Below, piece after piece: positions 26,101 through 40,759 of a DNA stretch of 64,000 bases. Below the pieces are notes generated by a model. It had not been told where the DNA came from, did no database searches, and saw only the letters and a program-made list of their open reading frames with translations. The position numbers were made by a program, and so were the translations under genes. The stretch's first letter is position 1. Every line of letters begins with the position of its first letter. Origin of the DNA: Vicugna vicugna (taxonomy: Eukaryota); assembly GCA_013265495.1 (NCBI GenBank), contig MU058781.1, forward strand, positions 10,521,009 through 10,585,008. Reading direction: 5' to 3'.

Positions 26101-29100
26101 AGCCAGTCTCTGCCAAATCATCCTGTCTGGTCACACCACCCATTAAGTGTATTATCTTTCTATATACGTAATATACTGACTTCCCTCCAAGGAGCTAACA
26201 CAAATATCATCCAGTCTTTCCATCCAGTTCAAAAAGAAGGGTTACTAACTGTGCCCAGTAAGGAGGAAGGGACCAAAACAGGGAATTCACTGACCGTCTC
26301 TACCACAGATGGTTTTGATCAAATGTGCTACACTGAATGCCTTTCAAGATCAAAACACTATACTAGGTGGCAAATCAAATTTTTATATATGGCAATTCAA
26401 TTATCAATAGGGACTGAAAACAAAACAAAACCAACCATGGCATGACTTTTTAAATCAGTTCTCATAAGAAATGTCAGTACTGTTGGTTCATACCCTTAGA
26501 AGGACTAGGTGTAGTCAGTCAACATTTACTATCCATTGAGTTAGGATCTCTGGCTTTCTTAACTATAAAAGAAATTTTTTTGTCAATAAAAAAGAAGTAT
26601 GCATTTTTATGAACTAAGAAAAGAGTGAGATCGTTTCACTAATCATGAAATGATCCCTGCATCTCCCCATTCAAGTGTGGCTGTCCAAAATATGAGAATG
26701 AAAGAAGCAAAATTAAAATCCATCCCTTTTTTATGGAGACTTTGAAATAGTAAAATTGTACAAAATAGCAAGAAAATAATTTGCTATATGGTGTTTGCTT
26801 CTCTTCTCTTTCCATTGAATCCTCAGAATATCTTTATAAAATTACAGGCTGCAAAATGTAGCAAAAGATGGCCCTCCAGCAGTGCATGTTTTAAGATTTA
26901 TCTTCTCTGAGCTCCTTGAGGCTGAGTAAACATGGTTAGCAATGGAACATTTCTAAGCTTACATCTGACTAAAACCTAGGCTCAAACTAATTAGCAAAAA
27001 AATCAACTGTACAGTAGCAGGATCAGAAAAATGATTACAGGGCCATTTGACACATCTTTAGGAAAACAACAGCTATTAGCCCAAATTCATCACTTAGAAT
27101 TTTTCTAAGGGCAACATGTAACTTCAAATAGCTCAATCTGAACTTTTAGTCTAAAAAGTTCAGGCATAAACTATATTTTTAACTGCAAAAAGGACTCCAG
27201 TATTGACTCCAGACACTGCTTAATTAATTCAGGTGACAATGGTCCTGGAAAATTTGCTTTCTGTCATGGCCTTTGTTTACTATATGTAAAAAGGAATTCT
27301 TGTAGCATAATTTTTAATTTTTTGAAGCATAATTGGGAAAAATATATAGGGCCTAATTTCCAATAGGACAGAGTTCTAAGGACTTTGAAAATGAAAATAA
27401 ATTTAATAATTTATGCTTGGTCACAAGTCTGGCATCAGCAAAATGCACCCTGGGCCAAGAGCATCTGTGTCTTCATGACTTGTGGCCATGTCAGATGCTT
27501 CATGTTTTGTCTTCCAGTGAAGGAAGATAGTTCTTGGCTACCAAAATTAAAACAGCAGCTTTACAAATTCTCCACAAGTTCTTTGTTACAGCTTCGTCCT
27601 CAGTGAAATAAGGAAACAGCTTTGCTTTCCTTAGAAGATATGGACTTAGGAACATCTCTGTATGTCAGGAAAAAAGAAAAATGCATGTCTTCTAAATGCA
27701 AGTCCTCACCTTTTCCAGCAAGGTACCCAGGTCCCCTCAGCATGGCGACCCATCCCTGCCCAGACACATCAACTCATGAAAGAGTGCTCTCTCAGAGAGC
27801 TGAAATTTAATTTCTTTATCCAATGAAACATTAAAACACTTAAGTAATAACATCCAGTAACATTGTCTGCTCTCTGATACTGCACAGAAACGGGACAACG
27901 ATGCTTCACCATGGGTGGTTGATGAGGCCATTTCCAGTTTCAGGCATTATCTAACAATATCCTTTCCTGTACCTAAGTGCATTATTATAATTATTAACCA
28001 TAAAGAAAATGGTGTGTACACATGGGGAAAATAATTTTAATTATTAAATTTGATGATATAACAACACAGCCTGGCCATTGCCCTTCCTACAAATTCACAT
28101 CTAGCAACAAACATGCTGTCCATCCATAGCTTGGTACCTCTTGGCATGGATTCTAATTTAAAATCTGGAAAACGGTATAATTATCGCAAGTGAAGAGGGC
28201 TTCAGAGTACAACTGCTATCAATGATGTGTTAAAATGAAAGTTAACACATACTGAGGGACCAGAGAGAGGAGAGTGAAGTGCTGGGCAATGGAACTGCTT
28301 CAGGGATTTCGGCATTTGACTCACTGTTTATCTATTTTGGTAACTTTCTTTTCTTTCACAGACACTGTTACAGAAAAGTCTTCATTTCTGTTTTGGCTGA
28401 TATAGTTTGGGGAAGGAGCTATCTTTAATAAGGCAGTTGGCTGTGTTAGAAAGAACATGAAATGGTGTCGGAGCACTTTCCTTTGAAACCAGGAAGTGTG
28501 GTTCAAGCCCTACCACAACCCCCTTGGTGACCTCATAAATCACAGTGCTGGAGAGTGTCTCTCCAGGACAGTGGATTTCCAAATACAGTCTGTCCCACAG
28601 ATACGTGAAATGAAGTGATTTGGTTCACGCAAAGGAACTGCAAATAACACAGCCGTGCATGTTAATCTTAGAAAAGGCGAACTTAGAGGGTGTCACTATT
28701 GTCCTCCATCACCTGCCAGGTATGTCAAAAAGAAATTGGCCTTTGATTTATTGGCCTTCATTGCTCCAGTGGGCAAACCATCTCCAAAAGGTCAAAGATG
28801 TTGAGAAGCAAATTTTTACTCAATATAAGATTGTTTTTATATTTTAATTTGAGTCTGTGATAAGCATTTGTCGTAAATATTTTGTAGAGTAGTTTTCTGT
28901 GCTGGGTGGGAAGTTGTATAGAACATCTGTAAGGCCCTTTCCAATTAATGGAGAGGGGAGAAAAGGGAGGGCTAGCATTCAAAGTTTATTAGTAAGTTTA
29001 AGTCTATTTCACTGCAATGGGTGTTTGGAGAGTAACCTGACTTTCCCTCTCTGTACCTCTGCTCCCTCCTCCCACTATACACCTCGCTAATGGGTTCCAG

Positions 29101-32100
29101 TGGCAGAAATCCAAGATACAGTAATCCTGTTTGTTTGATGACCAAACATCCTTTTATGCCTGGAGGATCAACTCTAACAGTCAAACAAACTGAATTAGTG
29201 CCTAATGCCAAAACCAGAGTACTCTCTGGACTTTAAAGAGTGGCCCAAATCACCAATATTCCTAGCTTGATTGGTGTCTCCCTGGAGGAAAAATCACTTT
29301 GCTTCATTTTAGTTCATTAAGACAAATTTTGGGGGCTATCACAGACCAAAAGGGCACTGAATTTAAAATGCATGTTGAGGTTCTTGGGTAGACTGAATCC
29401 ACGCTAGTGTACACAGAAGCCATGAACTGACATATGTTGCTGGCTTCCGAAAAGCAAATGTTTTGATTTGACCTGATTTGCATTTGGGGTAAGTAAAGTT
29501 GAAACAGAGATGAAAGTGTAAGCTGTTTGGAAAGAAGGAACTAGGTCTGATCTAATTTTACCTAATATAAATTAGCCCTTTAGGGAGAATAATTTCATGT
29601 TATTTATTCATCCTGCCCATAGCCTAGCTGGAGCTTCTGCTTGCCAAGATAACGTTATTTCATGAAATCTCCCTTATACTATATGAAAACCTTTCATTTG
29701 TTCAGATTGCTGTCCCTCCAGACCAGATAAGATAACCTTTTCTCTGGAAATGTGACATTGCAGAGAAGGCTTCACCTTAAAAGGGATTCCATGCTGCTAT
29801 TTACTATGAGGAAGTAACACCAGACTCAGTGGTTGTCTGTGGGTCTAGCAGATGGAAACACAACATACACTAGAAGTAAAGAAGAGAGGACAAGAGGAAG
29901 CCAAAGACGGACAAGTTTGTTTATGAGATGGTTTCAGGCAGACTTTCATGATACACTCCTATTACAGAGATCAATGATTTCTGAAGTGGCAGTGTGTTAA
30001 ATAGTATTCCTTCCCCTACTCTTAGGTACTTGCTGAATTCCAGTAACTGCAACATCAACGGACTTTTTAAGCTGTGAAGACCATGTGGACTGAAATAATA
30101 CTATCATGGCTGTTAGCAGAGTAAGATCAGTATCCAAGAAAAACTTGTATTTCAGATATCAGACTTTAATGGGTGTTGTCCTTAACATGGAATCACCAAT
30201 ATTTGGAAGAATGTCACAGGTCATTTCTTGTCACAGACTCAGCACTTCACTGCTATTAAAAATGGTGGGGCTCAAATTGAACCTGTTCTAGATTAACCTG
30301 AAGTTCTTGTGGAAATGGAAAACAGTGCTTAATTATCAACTTCTTGTTCTCGTGCCAAGAATAGAGCATGACCAGGAAGCCCACTTTTCACCACAGGTAG
30401 CCCTGAATGTCATATCCTACCAACATTATGCTATATATTATGTTTGGAATATATTTTCTTTCAATAAACTCCACACTCTTACTCCGCTGTAAACGTTCCT
30501 GCCCACTCCAGAAATTCACAAAGCATCCAAAACAAAGCAGATCTGTTTTGTTTTGTCTCCCTGTATGCTGATTGGAACAATTTATTTATTTTAAAACAGA
30601 GGAAGGAGCTAAAAATGAAATCAGAAGAATTTATCTAAGCATCACATTCACCCATAATACGTGGCTTCTTAATTTCCAACCTAACATTTGTCTTTAATTG
30701 AGAAGAAAGAATACATATGCTATACTACCAGATCAAGTTAATCTTTCTGTTTTTTCTTCACCCCATCCATTTTGGAATAAATGTTATTCTTCATTCTTTC
30801 TGATACTAAATTAATTGGACAAATGTGAAGACCTGCTAAAAAGTCTGCTTTGATTTTGAAGAGTGAGACAGGGAAGTAACAGAAGGGATGGAGTGCAAAA
30901 GAGAAGGAGTAATATTCTGAGCAAGGCTTTTGTCTCTTTAAACTGTGGCAATATTTATTCTAAGTGCATGAGATTGTTAGACAATTATGACTATCATTTG
31001 GTTATCACCACTTGCAATAGAAGCCAAACTGAATGACATCAATCCCTTTATTTATGTATCTTCTCTATTACAGAGAGATTGGACATATGTGGGTGCGTCT
31101 GGTTGAAAAGGTTCATTTATTCATTCAGATTCAGGAGTTAACGAAACCATAGGTTACTATTTTCTTTTATTTTAAGAAGTTCTAAAAAACATAGCTATTT
31201 CCAAAAGTAATGTTTCTCATCATATAGTCTTTTTGATTCTCCTTCTTAAGAAATAATATTAAAATTTGAACTTGTTAAGTACATGTGAGTTCATTTTAAC
31301 CATCAGTTGGAATTCAGATATTGAGTTTCCAGTAAGTGATTCCTTATGTCCATATACAACCTGCAATGCTGTTTCAATTTTGGTTGTTGCACAATCCTGT
31401 TATTGTGTATTTGGACAGCTGAAATGTCCCCAAATCTTTTAGATGATCAACCAAAATAGAAGGGGGTTTTTAAACTATGACGTGACATTTCAAACTATAA
31501 TGCAGTAACACAATAATCCTAATCATTCAAATAATCATCAGTAATAAATACTGAATATAAACAAAGACTTTCAGAAATTCAAGAACATCCAGAGCAAAAA
31601 CATCATGCCCAAGTCATACTCTATTTATTCTCAGAGACAGAAGGATAAAATCAAAGTTCTACCTAAGACGCCTAAATACAGTTGAAGTAAAAAGATATTC
31701 AGGGTTATTCATCAGATTAAAAAAAACCACCCTCACTCTAAAATGTGACCAATCTCCCATGCTTTGCTTTGAGAAGTTTTCTGACAAAATAAATCAGCTA
31801 GGTCAATAAGTCAAGCTGTTGCCCGGACACTGAAGAAATGTCATAGTTAAGAAAGAATGGATTGATTTGTTTCTTCTTCTTAATCAGCTTCATTAATCTG
31901 ATGACAAGCGGTGGTATTAATGTGGAATTTCTTAAGCCAGACTCTCAAAAAAAGATCCTTCTTTTTGTTTCTTTCTTCTGTTGCTGTTATCTTTTTAAAA
32001 GAAGGACTCCCGGCAAGAGCAGATATTTTCACCGGATTCCTATTCATATGCTACATTATGGGGTCCCATCACCCTGCCTGTCTCCCTTCCTGGCCATGCA

Positions 32101-33154
32101 CCTTCATTCTCAATTCTTGACCCTATTAAGAGGAGAGAAGAAGAGAGGAGTGGAGGGAGAAAGAAAAGGTCATTTGCATAGATGGACAGATGCTTTTCAG
32201 AAAGGCAGAAGAAAAGTGTATGAATTTCACTTTCCAGGGCAGGTCCTGCAAGATGGCGTGCACTTCTAGTCAGTAAATAGATGATTGATGGTAAAACTCA
32301 CAAGGCAGTGATGAAATGGGGAAAGAAACTTTAGATATTGTTATGGTCTATACGTTGAAGAAATTCAAGAATCTTCTTTATTTTGAAATTACCTTTTAAA
32401 CTGATGAGCTGTGTTTCTTGAATGTGATACAAAGATTAAAATAATAGAATATCATTTATTAGCATTTCAATTGTAAAAGAAAACCTGAAAATGTCTATTT
32501 TTTAGTAAATTCAAAGATAATTTGTTACATACCACAGCTCTTATTTTTAAAAGAATGCTTTGTATTGTACATTGTATAATTGCTTATTTTTCTTTCAGAA
32601 TTTTATGTTTTGTTTTTATACTACCTTGAACAACATCTTGTACCTTATGCTCAATAATTACATCCTATTCCACATTTTCACTTTTTTATGAAAAAGCTTT
32701 AAAAAAAGCCAAGTATAGGCCTCAATGAGTCTTCTTTATTTCTACTAAAAACTACCAAACTAACTTAAATAAGCTTCATTCATTTATATAAAACAAAAGA
32801 TGAAGCTATTTCTTGTTTTTTAGGTCCTTATCCAAGGATTTTTTTTTTTTTTTTGGTCAGAAAGATTTTAAGAAAAAAAAATCACAATAAAGTATCTTCT
32901 GTCACTTTGCAAAATATGTATATATGTTCAAATTAAACTTAATAAACAAGTATATATTGTATATGGCTAATAGATATACAACAATATTCTGGATACTTTT
33001 GTAGGTATAGGAAATGTATACTTTTAGCAAATACTGTATTTAAAAAAAATAGACCAGTTAAAAGAAGAGATTATGATCCTTTATGTTTTATATAAGCTCT
33101 GTTATTTGTGTTTTGTGACATGTGTGAAGACTATAAATTCTTAGGAGTAGGATT

Positions 33155-33295
33155 ACATATATATATACATAGATATATTCATTTACATATGTATTTACAA
33201 TTATATGTACAGATATATACTCATGTATAGAAGGTATCTTATATATAAGATAAACATATTTTATATATAAATATATATACTTCTGTATACATATG
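33155..33295. repeat. (TA)-rich low-complexity tract
   Basis: Directly visible. Confidence 0.7.
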
Positions 33296-34974
33296 AGTTT
33301 AACAAAATATTGAAAAATAACACTTTAAAAAAGTCTTTAAATGAAATATTTGTAAGAATCTGCACTGTAAAACTGTATTAGTCAACCAGGTGCTCATCTA
33401 CATAAATTGGAATAAAACAAATGTTTTGATCTGACATGTTTATTTCACTCAAGTAGGTCTAATAATTGAGTTGTGAAAACTTAGAAGCTTAGAACCATTT
33501 GGTTTACTCTATTTACTTTCTGTTTTTAAAGTCTGACACTGTCCTTCATCTGAATGAAAGTTCTATTGAAATTATCTTTCTTTTAAAATATCCTGGCATC
33601 TTAGAAGCGTGCTTCACAAGAAAATTTTTGATTGCTGTACTTTTAAAATATCAACAGCTATATAAAGAGTACTCTCTATGACTGAAATGAATTAAGCCAT
33701 AATTGTCCTTGGCTTTCATGTTTTGGTAAAGCCATAGAATCAAATGTCTTGGAGATTTCCCTAGACGTTAGTTTATGTTTCTCTCCATTTCAAGTATCTG
33801 AAGTTAAAAAGACCAAACACAAAGTAAATCAAGAGCAACTGCAGAAGTAAACTAAAAAACAAGAAAAAGTGAGTTTAAAAGGCATCTGAAATTGCTGATA
33901 TAAAGTGAAAATATCCATCATCTATATTTTGGTATAATACTAAATATCGGTAAGTCTGTCACTAGCTGGAATGACAAATTATTGAGCATTAATTAAATTA
34001 TCATTGGATCTTCTTAAATATGTGGATACTTGATATTATATAAACATGTAATATTCTTTATACCTAAATAGATTGGAGTTTAGTAAGTATTTTTGTATTG
34101 TTACACTTTCCACTAATTTCACTGCAGTGAATGTAAAGTGTTTTAATGCTATTTCTCTAAGAGGGTCTCAGTTAAAAACTGCATTTATAAATTTACTTGA
34201 GAGGACTTTTAAAGTGGCTTTCAAACTACTGAAGTACATGTCTAAACATCTTAGCTCTTGGTCCCTCTCATCACTACTCTCTGTCACCTGCATTAAACTT
34301 GTAAATTTATTATACCCACAGACAGAAGACTCTGACAAGTGATGACTCTAGTTGTTTTTTTCTTTTTTAAGAACTCTAGGAACGTATCAATTGGTATAAA
34401 TGAATTTTGATTTAAAAACCCCATTTATTCATGAGCTCTGTTTGATGCTAACTAGTAATTTTAAATAAATTTTGTAATTTTTACTCTACTATTTTTGCAT
34501 AGGGTAAATAATTTTAAGAGGGATGAAAATTTATTTATACACCGTGACGACTAAATTATAAATTAAACAATGAGAAAAGAATACTTGGAATTGATAGGCT
34601 ATTGATTGAATTAGTAAAAATAAACCACACATTTTAATAATAGAACAAACGTCAAGGCTGTATGTTCATAATGTCCGTGAAAATAGTTCTAGATGTTGAA
34701 AGGGGAGTGTGAGTCTGTGAGAGAGTCAGGGGCTGGAGAGAGGATTGAACCACTTGTGTATCATGTAAGGGGAAAAGTTCAAAACTAAAGTTTTCATTTA
34801 GTGCTTTGATACATACAGTTACAAGGATGCATTTCTATTTTCTATATGTTTACCTTTCATCAGGGCAGATTCAAAAGATGAATCTGAAATTCATCTCAGT
34901 GTTTGGTTTCTTGGCAAAATATTTCTGTGATCTCTGCCGGGCCACCTAGAACGCTCTTTAGGGATGCTTGTACC

Positions 34975-35361
34975 TGTAACAGGCTGAATTGCAACTCCAC
35001 CCCCAAATTAATATGTTGAAGTTCAAACCCCTAGTATTTCAGAATGTGACTCGATTTAGAGATAGACTATTTACAGTGGTAATTAAATTAAGTGAGGTCT
35101 CTAGGGTGGGCCCCCATCCAGTATCACTAATGTTTTTAAAGAAGAGGATATTAAGAGACAGATTCACAGAGGGGAGACCTTGTAAAGACACAGGGAGGAG
35201 AACATGGTTATTTACAAGCCAAGAAGCGAGGGCTCCAAAGAAACCAACCCTGATTACACTTTGGTCTTTGGACTTCAAGCCTCCAGGGATGTGAGAAAAT
35301 CTCTGTTGTTTAAGCCACCCCATCTCATACTTTGTTCTGATAGCTCTAGTAAACTAATATA
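34975..35361 (+). mobile_element. MaLR solo LTR (MLT1A-like), full length
   Basis: 'tgtaacaggctgaattg...cagaatgtgact...ggacttcaagcctccag...tgttgtttaagccaccc...aaactaatata'. Flanks GTACC (34970-74) and CTACC (35362-66) form a 4/5 TSD. Confidence 0.9.
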
Positions 35362-37895
35362 CTACCAATTCCAAATCTAAACCAAGGCAAGGAACTTCCA
35401 CAGGAAAAGATGAACAGAATCTTAAAATCAGCACTATGACCTAAGTTTTTCTAAGAGTTAAGATATGGATAATTATTTTTCATCTTGGCTTATGCTATAT
35501 CTTCTCTCTGATATTGTGCTGAAATGGTAAACCTAATCAAGAATCTCCAGTTACTGCTTCTAAAGTGTACATCTACTTGAATATTAAGCTTTTGGTATTT
35601 TCCATAGAGTTAGAAACGTCCTGATATTGATTACTTTATACCACTACAGCTTCAAAGCTTGGAATGGTGCTTAATATAATGATTTTTTTTCCTGGCTCCA
35701 CTATAATGCAAAAGCAATAGGAATACCTGCCATGAAATCAAAGGAAGACATTGATTTATGCTCTGGGAAGAATGAATTGAAAATTGAATAAAGACAAGAG
35801 AAAATAAAATTTCCTAGACCAAGAACAAATGGAAATTGATTTAATTTACTGAAAAGAAATCACCTCTTTGAGTAGTCAAGCAAAGCATTAGGATCTTGCT
35901 GACTACCAGGAAAGGACAAATTAGAATTAGAAGAACCTATGAGTATGTAGCCTCCAAATTACCATAGTACTTTTCTGGTAAATTTCCCCATTTTACACAA
36001 AACGCTATGTCACATTTCAGGGAACCATGATTTCTCCATCAGTAAAGTATAATGATATTAAAATATTTTCCTTGCCTTGCCTTTTAAAGAAATATTAAAT
36101 TATACTCTGTCTTGCAGGCACACAACACATGCATTTTTGATAGTGGTGCTTAAAACATATGGGCATTTCAGCTGTCTGTGGTCTTCCTAATAACTTTTGA
36201 TTCCCCTCAAACAAACTTCATTCTTAGAGCCATGGATTAGAATATTTAGACTGTGAGAGACAGGGATAGTCATAGGTAGGGGACAGACCTCTTGCTAATA
36301 TAGGACTGACCCCAAGCAACACTCTTAGATTAACAGTGGGAGAGGGCCAGAGTAATATGGAAGTTTGCCAGCTGTAGGGAAGTGACAACACTGGAGGCTA
36401 AAGAAGAAATTTATATTTAAATACTCTCTTCTGAAGAATTAGGTGGTGGAATTGGAAGAAAAGTACAGTGCATAAAAATCTTGATGACTTGAACTTTTAA
36501 AACCTCGTCTTGGAGGAAAATTGCAAAAAGAAACTCGACAGGACATAGCACAGCACAAGATGTACTAAAATGTTGGCATCAGGTGTGTGGTGTAACTGAA
36601 GACAGAACAAGGGCGGACGTTTGAAAATACACACATTTCTATTTAAAGCAACCTCCAAACTCTTTGTTTTGGGGTAATTCCCCCTGAGGGTAATGGCTAG
36701 TCTCATATCAATCATTTTAGGCAGGAAAGGAGGGAGGGCGGTTTGAAGTGGTGGCTAGAAGGATTGCCTCCTGCCCTAGCTAGACCCCAAAGTCACGTCC
36801 CAACAGTTGTAATCACTCTCTATATTTTACTTTTGTTATTCACCAGCCACCAAGAGGTCTTGCAGAAAGATTAGCAGAAGCTCTGCTTTGGGGAATTAAA
36901 ACAATTTCTGGCAGAGTAAGTGGCAGAAATACAAAGAAGTTAATCTACTAGGGTTCAAAACGAAATGCTCTCACAGATTAGGAGACTGAAGTGACAATTG
37001 ACCAGCATCATGGACTTTGAGTGTTCACTGTAGTTATTTCTCAGGAGGACTCAGTAGAAAAATGGGCTCCCAAAATCTATGGGATAGAAGCTTGCATCAT
37101 TACTCTTTGGGCATTATGGGAAGACCTTCCAAAAGACCTCAGAGAGACAAAAGATTATTAGCTTAAGCTTTTTGTCTATACAAGAAGATCATCCATTTCC
37201 CCCAAGAACTTAGAAAACAATTTACCCTCAATTAAAATGTAAAACCAAAGAAAAATCAGTTTGAACCAAGTGTCCTGAAACAATGAGACATCATAGTAAC
37301 TTTGGTGAAGTTATTACCTGTGTGTAAATAAAGAAAACTTTAATCAAAACAGGGATGGTCAGCCTGATGTAAGCATGGAAAAACTCTCAAAATGAATTGA
37401 CGATAGTCCCCACCTAAGGACTGTCTCCTTTATAGAAAACCTTAATCAAGATTAATCTTCTTCTGGTGTCACTGATAAGATTCTTTCTATTGCAAAATGA
37501 GCATATCTGGCTATCTTAGCCTGATACACTCAGACTATATATGAAATATTTCTTATACTCAGGTCTCTTTGTTCCAAATATATGCTCACTGAGCAACATT
37601 TTCATTATATTTCGACTTCTCATACACACCTACCTCATCATCAGCTTCAAAATTTCTATATGGGAAGTTATTAGGGGTAGTGAAATAGTTGAAAGTATGG
37701 AATTGAAGAGGAGACTCGGGCTGGGCTTACATAATGTGCATGTCTGTAAGAAACTGGTTGTATTTCTACTTGGAGAAATTTGCAGAAGGACTGATAGAAA
37801 CTCTGTTGTCTAAAGCTGCCCATCCTGCTCTGATGGCATTTCTTGGCACTGAAATTATTTTCAAAGAGAATGGTTGGTCCTTTCCCCTGACACTG

Positions 37896-38010
37896 CATAC
37901 CCCCATTTATTTTTACTTTCTTTCTCCTTGGTGCTTATCACTGTTGAGCATACATACCCCCATTTATTTTTACTTTCTTTCTCCTTGGTGCTTATCACTG
38001 TTGAGCATAC
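37896..38010. repeat. Perfect 57-bp tandem duplication (2 copies) within an L2 3' remnant
   Basis: 'catacccccatttatttttactttctttctccttggtgcttatcactgttgagcata' repeated at 37896 and 37953. Confidence 0.95.
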
Positions 38011-38989
38011 TATACACTTTACTTAATAATCTGGCATTGTTGGTCTCTTGCAGTAGAACACTGGCTCTGTTAAGTCAGGGACTTGTGTCTGTTTATTCAC
38101 TATTTCTCTAGTACTCAGAAAAATGTCATGGACACAGCAGATACTCATACAAAGTCTTTTTAGTTAATCCTATAATCATACACCTACTAGCAATAGATGT
38201 CATCTTTGATACGGGGAACTTTGGACAAGGGATTCCAAATTTTTTGGTTTCAAATTGGATCTCTCCTATTGTGAGATGTGCTATTATTCAGAATGACCTT
38301 AACACCTTTGCTATCCAACTTCAAGCTGTTACAACCCGTCTTTTGGCTATATAGACATAAGTTTAATTTTACAACTGCAAATACAGTATTTATTTACTGA
38401 TATGCCTTAATTTCTTCAAGGCAAAAGTCTTTACTGCTTTCTCTGTTTGTTTTGTTCTTACTTTTATTTCCTTTAGCATGAAGGCATTATTATTCCATAT
38501 TGTATTTAGAAGAATATCTCTTGTCAGTCAAAAATCTCATTTTTCCCAATAATTTTGAGGAGATAATGTTTCTGTTACCACTTCCCAGCTATTTCGTATT
38601 TCTTTTTGCCTTCTAATTACCTGAGAGTTTAGTTATTGAATCTCATAGGAGGTTCTCAGCATCTGTATATCTCAATCTTCACCTACAACTGCTAATTTAG
38701 TATTTAAAGAACAAGATGTTCTGTATGGAAATGTATAGAAATCTAAACATAATTCCCAAATCTTCTCTAGTTCACAGAAAGTGGCTGTTTCCCCAAAGAG
38801 TTTAGATATTAAATAGAGCATCTTTTTTCTCACCTCCCAACAGGAGTTTAAACCAATGTTACAACTTTATTGAAAACTGAAAATCACGTTGAGTATTTCG
38901 GTTGACTGGAAACACGTTATCTCCTAGGTCATCCATTTCATTGTCAGACAGTTCTGAGGGGTAGGAAGTGCTCAATGTTGAAACAAACT

Positions 38990-39395
38990 CTGTCTCCTCA
39001 TTCCTCAAGCAACTCTAGTCTGGCTCTTGTCCTCACCATTCCTCCAAACTGTCCACCTATGACTTTTATGATAGTCAACTCAGTGGATCTATGCCAGGAT
39101 CATCTTATTCTCTCAGCAGCATTTAACCCAGTTGGCATTCTTGATTTCTGGAAGGCACCCTCTATTTTTCACTCTCACTCTGCCACTTTCTCCTGGATGT
39201 TTGCCTATGTCTCTGGGCATTGCTTATCAGTCTCCTTTGCCAATGTATCCACCTTAATTCCCCCCAAAATAATTTCCAGTTTGTACCACCCAAAATATGT
39301 ACCTAAATGTTTAAGTTTTCTTTGGGGTTAGAAGTAATTTACTCAGAAAAGTATCTAGTACTGGGCATGGGACATAGAAAGTGCTCAATAAATTA
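38990..39395 (+). mobile_element. LINE-2 fragments
   Basis: 'ctctcagcagcatttaacccagttg...ccactttctcctggatg...tcagtctcctttgc' and the end 'ggacatagaaagtgctcaataaat'. Confidence 0.6.
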
Positions 39396-40759
39396 AAATA
39401 ATCCTTTCCCACTTTAAAGGGTAACATTAATTAGGATGCATATTCTTTTTAATAAAAAAATTATATGTAAGCAAAAAAATCAACCGATGATTTCATTTTC
39501 TATGTTTGTTGTTGGACTTGGTCGAGAGACACTTAATCTGCAAAATTTTGAAGTATTTGCTTTGGCTAACTGATGCTTTAAGAAGGATATCATTGATGGC
39601 TATAATGATTTAAACAGATTAGAGATACATGTACTTAATTTTTTTCCTCAATTTTCCATTATACTCATACTTTAATTTGACCTGTAGTAATTAAAAGGAA
39701 AACAAATCCTTCTGTAATGAAGAAAAACTCTACATGCTTTATAATCCACAAATGTAGCCATATTTGCTCTAATGGGTTATATGTCTTGATAAGATAGCTT
39801 AATGCAAAGTATGTGAAAGATTTGAAGGTGAAGCCAATTCCTTTGTCCTTTTCTTTAATAAACACCATCACAATTGACCTTTAAAACTGATAAAGCTATA
39901 AGGAAAGACAAGAGCAGATGCAATAGTCTGCCAGACCTGTTCAAATACATTTAACAGATGGCCAAGGCAATGCTTCTTTCTCTATCCAAAGAAATTTCAA
40001 GTTGATTTTAATTCCTGTGCTGGTTCTTTGTAATATCAAGGTTTTTCTTAGAAAATAAATTGAAACAGGAAATGAACTGGAAAATAAAAGACTCAGAGAG
40101 TGTTTGAGGTAAAGAAGACAAGAGCTTCCTGTGGCCGAAAGAGGTGAAATATGCAAGCAAGCATCCGTGTTTGCTGGTTCTAGGCCACACGTGAGGAATG
40201 ATCTCACCACTGCTCACAAAGGTGTGGGGATTAGGGTTGCCTTTTATTTGACCTCAACGTTTTTGATTTGTTATATTGTCATTTAGTCTGTGAAAATGTC
40301 CAAGCTAATCTTTCCAGACTCTTACAATCAACGAGAGTGGTATTGATCTTCCTATCATTCTTGTACCTTTGGAAATCAGGTACAGTTACAAATGTGCACA
40401 CTAATATAGATGATCTAAAGCTATTCAATATGCTCTTAATTATAAATAGCTCTTCTAAATTTACTACAGCTATAAACATCATATACTGATATATACATAT
40501 ATATTCTCTCTCTTATCCATGAATGCACATTTATATTCATAGTTTTATAGTCACATATGCCACAAATTTCACGCCTAGATGTCTCACTGCCATATCTATT
40601 TGATGCTTACCCTCTAAACAATCTAAAGCCATTAATAGACACCTGGCTACGAACGAATTGCACACACAGCTCCCTGAGAAACCCTGTAAGGAAATAAGTT
40701 TCCCTAAGCACTCATCTGTTTTCAAATCTTTTAGCTATGGGTAGAAGGTATCACTCAGC

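Noticed and set aside
37734..38111. 125-aa hydrophobic ORF with an internal 19-aa repeat
   Set aside because: The repeat is just the 57-bp DNA duplication in an L2 remnant; there is no evidence of coding function.
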